Source of the DNA: Nitrospirales bacterium
GTDB lineage: Bacteria > Nitrospirota > Nitrospiria > Nitrospirales > UBA8639
Assembly (NCBI GenBank): GCA_965223295.1
Contig: CBDCWC010000003.1
Coordinates: 224,001-288,000, forward strand
DNA length: 64,000 nucleotides
Direction: 5' to 3'
Below are positions 61,453 to 64,000 of the stretch, piece by piece. A program made the position numbers and the translations under genes. Within the stretch, counting starts at the first letter, position 1, and every line of letters begins with the position of its first letter. The notes under the pieces were generated by a model that saw nothing but the letters and a program-made list of their open reading frames with translations, was not told the DNA's origin and made no database searches.

Positions 61453-64000
61453 TGAAACGTGCTTTTGATATACTTGCAGCAGGTTTAGGACTTATCCTAG
61501 GTGCACCTATATTTCTTCTCCTCGCTTTCCTCGTCAAAATTGATTCACCGGGGCCTGTGTTCTTCAAACAAATTCGGGTTGGACAAGGTTTTCGGCATTT
61601 TTCTATTTTAAAATTTCGCACCATGCACGCGAATGTCTCAAAGGAAGGTGGAGAACTCACAATCGGACAAGATCCACGGATCACAGGGCTCGGAAAAGTC
61701 TTACGTCAGCTTAAGCTTGACGAACTTCCACAACTTTTGAATGTCATAAGGGGCGAGATGAGTCTCGTGGGGCCGAGACCCGAAGTTCCCCAATACGTTG
61801 ACCAGTTTCGTGAAGACTATGCGGAAATTTTAGAGGTTCGCCCAGGCTTAGTGGACCTTGCTTCCCTTAAGTATATTGATGAACAGATGATACTCGGAAA
61901 TGCCATAAATCCTGAAGAGGAATATCTCAAGACGATTCTCCCGGACAAAATCCGATTGGCTAAGTTATACGTTGCGCATTCCTCCTTTCTCATCGACGTA
62001 ACAATTATTCTGCAGACCTTACTTAAAATCGTTGGGATTCAAACCAACCTCTTAGTTGACAGTACGCAAAAAGACCGGGAAGAAATCTTCGTTCTACCGA
62101 ACTCTTCCATTCGTACTCATATTTTAAAGCATCGACATAAACTTGTCGTGACATTGGATTTAGGGCTTATCATATTAGCTAACTATATGGCTTTCTGGTT
62201 GAGATTTGATGGGCATATTCCATCAGAGATAAGCCACATGTTTTTCCAACTCTTCCCTATTCTCCTTCTGGTTAGAGGAGTTTCTTTTTCCTTATTTCGA
62301 TTGAACGAAGGACTTTGGCGGTATATCGGACTTTGGGATGTCAAAAACATCATTTGGGGAGTCCTTTCCGGAACCATTGTATATTTTCTTATTGTTCATT
62401 TCGGACTCGGATTTACTGAGTACCCTCGATCAGTGTTTGTCATTGACAGTATGTTATTGATCAGCCTTCTTGTTGGCATTCGACTCGTGGTCCGTCTATT
62501 TCGGATAGACAGAACCTCTAAACGCTCAAAACGTGTCTTGATTATCGGAGCAGGAAATACCGGAGAAAAAATTGTTCGAGAAATGCAAGAACATCCATCA
62601 TGTGCCTATTCACCAATTGGATTTCTTGACGATGATCCGTTGAAATTAGGACAGAGAATTCATGGAGTGAAAGTCCTTAGCACGTTAAAAGACCTTCCCA
62701 GAATTCTGGAGCTAGAAAATCCTGCAGAAATCTTAGTAGCGTTATCCCAATCAAATACCAATACTATCCGAAGCATCGTGAGTACCTTGGAGCCTTATAA
62801 GATTCCAATCAAAACCCTGCCAAAATTAGAAGACATTCTCAATGGAAAAGTCACAATTGGCCAAATCAGAGACTTAAAAATCGAAGACTTGCTCCAACGT
62901 CCCCCCGTGGGTATTGCGCGACAGATCCTTCCCCATTTTATCAAGGGCCGGCGAATCATGGTTACTGGTGCGGGAGGCTCTATTGGTTCGGAACTGTGCC
63001 GTCAGATTGTGTCATATAGCCCCGAAGCACTCATTCTGTATGAACGACATGAGAATAGTCTCTATCAGATTGCAAGTGAGCTGACCGACAGTGGACATTC
63101 TACCATCACACATGAGGTTTTAGGCGACATCACTGATTCTCTTCATCTCAAGGAAACGATGCAGAAGCATAAACCTCATGTCGTTTTCCATGCAGCAGCA
63201 CATAAGCACGTCCCGTTAATGGAATCGAATCCCTGCGAAGCCTTTAAAAATAATATCCTTGGAACCCACCGCGTCGCAAAAGCCGCCCAACAAGCTGGAG
63301 TAGAACGATTTGTCTTGATTTCGACAGACAAGGCTGTGAATCCCACCAGCGTGATGGGAGCCACAAAGCGAGGAGCCGAATTGGTCGTGAGAAGCTTGGC
63401 TCAAACAAGCCAAACGTGCTTTTTGACTGTCCGATTTGGAAATGTACTAGGGAGCAACGGAAGCGTGGTGCCAAGATTTCAGAAACAAATTCGTGCAGGC
63501 GGACCGGTAACCGTGACACACCCCGACGTTCGTCGGTACTTCATGTCAATTCCCGAAGCCGTTGAATTGGTACTACAAACCTCAACACTCAGTGAGCAAG
63601 GAGCTCTTTACGTATTAGATATGGGTCAACAAATAAAGCTGTTAGATTTGGCACGCCACCTCATTCGTCTCTCTGGATTTCTCCCTGAAAAGGAAATTCC
63701 TATCCAGTTTGTGGGTCTTCGACAAGGAGAAAAGCTAGAAGAAGAGCTAGTAGGAACTGGCGAAAAAACAGACCGTTCCCCAATAGAGAAAATTTTCCAA
63801 ATAAAATCTGAAACTTCTCAAGACTTCACATTACTCAATCAGGTACTCGAAACCTTTAAAAATGTAAGCTTTTTGAACTCTCCATCGTTCGTGATACATC
63901 AATTGCAACAACTTGTTCCAACATTTTTACACTCTGAGAATGACAGGGTAGTTGAAAACTGGGAACCCTGCATAGAAAATGTTCACAACGATTCGAAAAC
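61449..64000 (+). CDS. Fusion of a monotopic phosphoglycosyltransferase (PglC-like) and a CapD/PglF-type UDP-HexNAc 4,6-dehydratase; 3' partial
   Basis: Manual translation: MMKRAFD...KFRTM...DPRIT...KLDELPQLLNV..GEMSLVGPRP continues in frame into LDLGLIILANYMAFWLRFD...LIIGAG...VTGAGGSIGSELCRQ...HAAAHKHVP...ISTDKAVNPTSVMGATK...RFGNVLGSNGSV. No stop seen up to 64000. Confidence 0.9.
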   Translation, partial: MMKRAFDILAAGLGLILGAPIFLLLAFLVKIDSPGPVFFKQIRVGQGFRHFSILKFRTMHANVSKEGGELTIGQDPRITGLGKVLRQLKLDELPQLLNVIRGEMSLVGPRPEVPQYVDQFREDYAEILEVRPGLVDLASLKYIDEQMILGNAINPEEEYLKTILPDKIRLAKLYVAHSSFLIDVTIILQTLLKIVGIQTNLLVDSTQKDREEIFVLPNSSIRTHILKHRHKLVVTLDLGLIILANYMAFWLRFDGHIPSEISHMFFQLFPILLLVRGVSFSLFRLNEGLWRYIGLWDVKNIIWGVLSGTIVYFLIVHFGLGFTEYPRSVFVIDSMLLISLLVGIRLVVRLFRIDRTSKRSKRVLIIGAGNTGEKIVREMQEHPSCAYSPIGFLDDDPLKLGQRIHGVKVLSTLKDLPRILELENPAEILVALSQSNTNTIRSIVSTLEPYKIPIKTLPKLEDILNGKVTIGQIRDLKIEDLLQRPPVGIARQILPHFIKGRRIMVTGAGGSIGSELCRQIVSYSPEALILYERHENSLYQIASELTDSGHSTITHEVLGDITDSLHLKETMQKHKPHVVFHAAAHKHVPLMESNPCEAFKNNILGTHRVAKAAQQAGVERFVLISTDKAVNPTSVMGATKRGAELVVRSLAQTSQTCFLTVRFGNVLGSNGSVVPRFQKQIRAGGPVTVTHPDVRRYFMSIPEAVELVLQTSTLSEQGALYVLDMGQQIKLLDLARHLIRLSGFLPEKEIPIQFVGLRQGEKLEEELVGTGEKTDRSPIEKIFQIKSETSQDFTLLNQVLETFKNVSFLNSPSFVIHQLQQLVPTFLHSENDRVVENWEPCIENVHNDSK

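Noticed and set aside
61433-63519. Short minus-strand ORFs
   Set aside because: They are antisense to the PGT-CapD fusion frame.

Overview
Bacterial chromosomal window, probably Nitrospirota/Nitrospirales. This is an inference from gene content and a structured ~190-bp intergenic repeat, and was not verified. Region 1-21 kb is mostly housekeeping: a 5'-partial Lhr helicase, ychF, fabF-acp-lpxD, an ABC exporter, def, potABCD, two STAS genes, and an operon with a secreted protein, a minimal MelC1-like caddie and a tyrosinase-PPC fusion. From 21.3 kb to the window end is a large surface/exopolysaccharide locus. It contains an SDR, three NDP-sugar C-methyltransferases, RfbF, a PIG-L deacetylase, Wzx, a Wzy-like protein, five GTs, an AsnB-like amidotransferase, a sulfotransferase, a D-glucuronyl C5-epimerase, heparinase II/III-like and pectate-lyase-like enzymes, an SGNH protein, a 1732-aa lectin/Ig surface protein, a DegT aminotransferase and a phosphoglycosyltransferase-CapD/PglF fusion that runs off the end. 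The locus is heavily colonised by IS3/IS256 elements, MITEs and IS-end relics. Top leads: (1) an enzyme set that parallels heparan-sulfate modification, suggesting a sulfated, epimerised GAG-like polymer; (2) the same tandem AGATACA-N14-AGATACA motif about 110 bp upstream of sigma-54 promoter matches at both the tyrosinase operon and the polysaccharide initiation operon, suggesting a shared regulon. All family calls come from motif recognition by eye; no searches were run.
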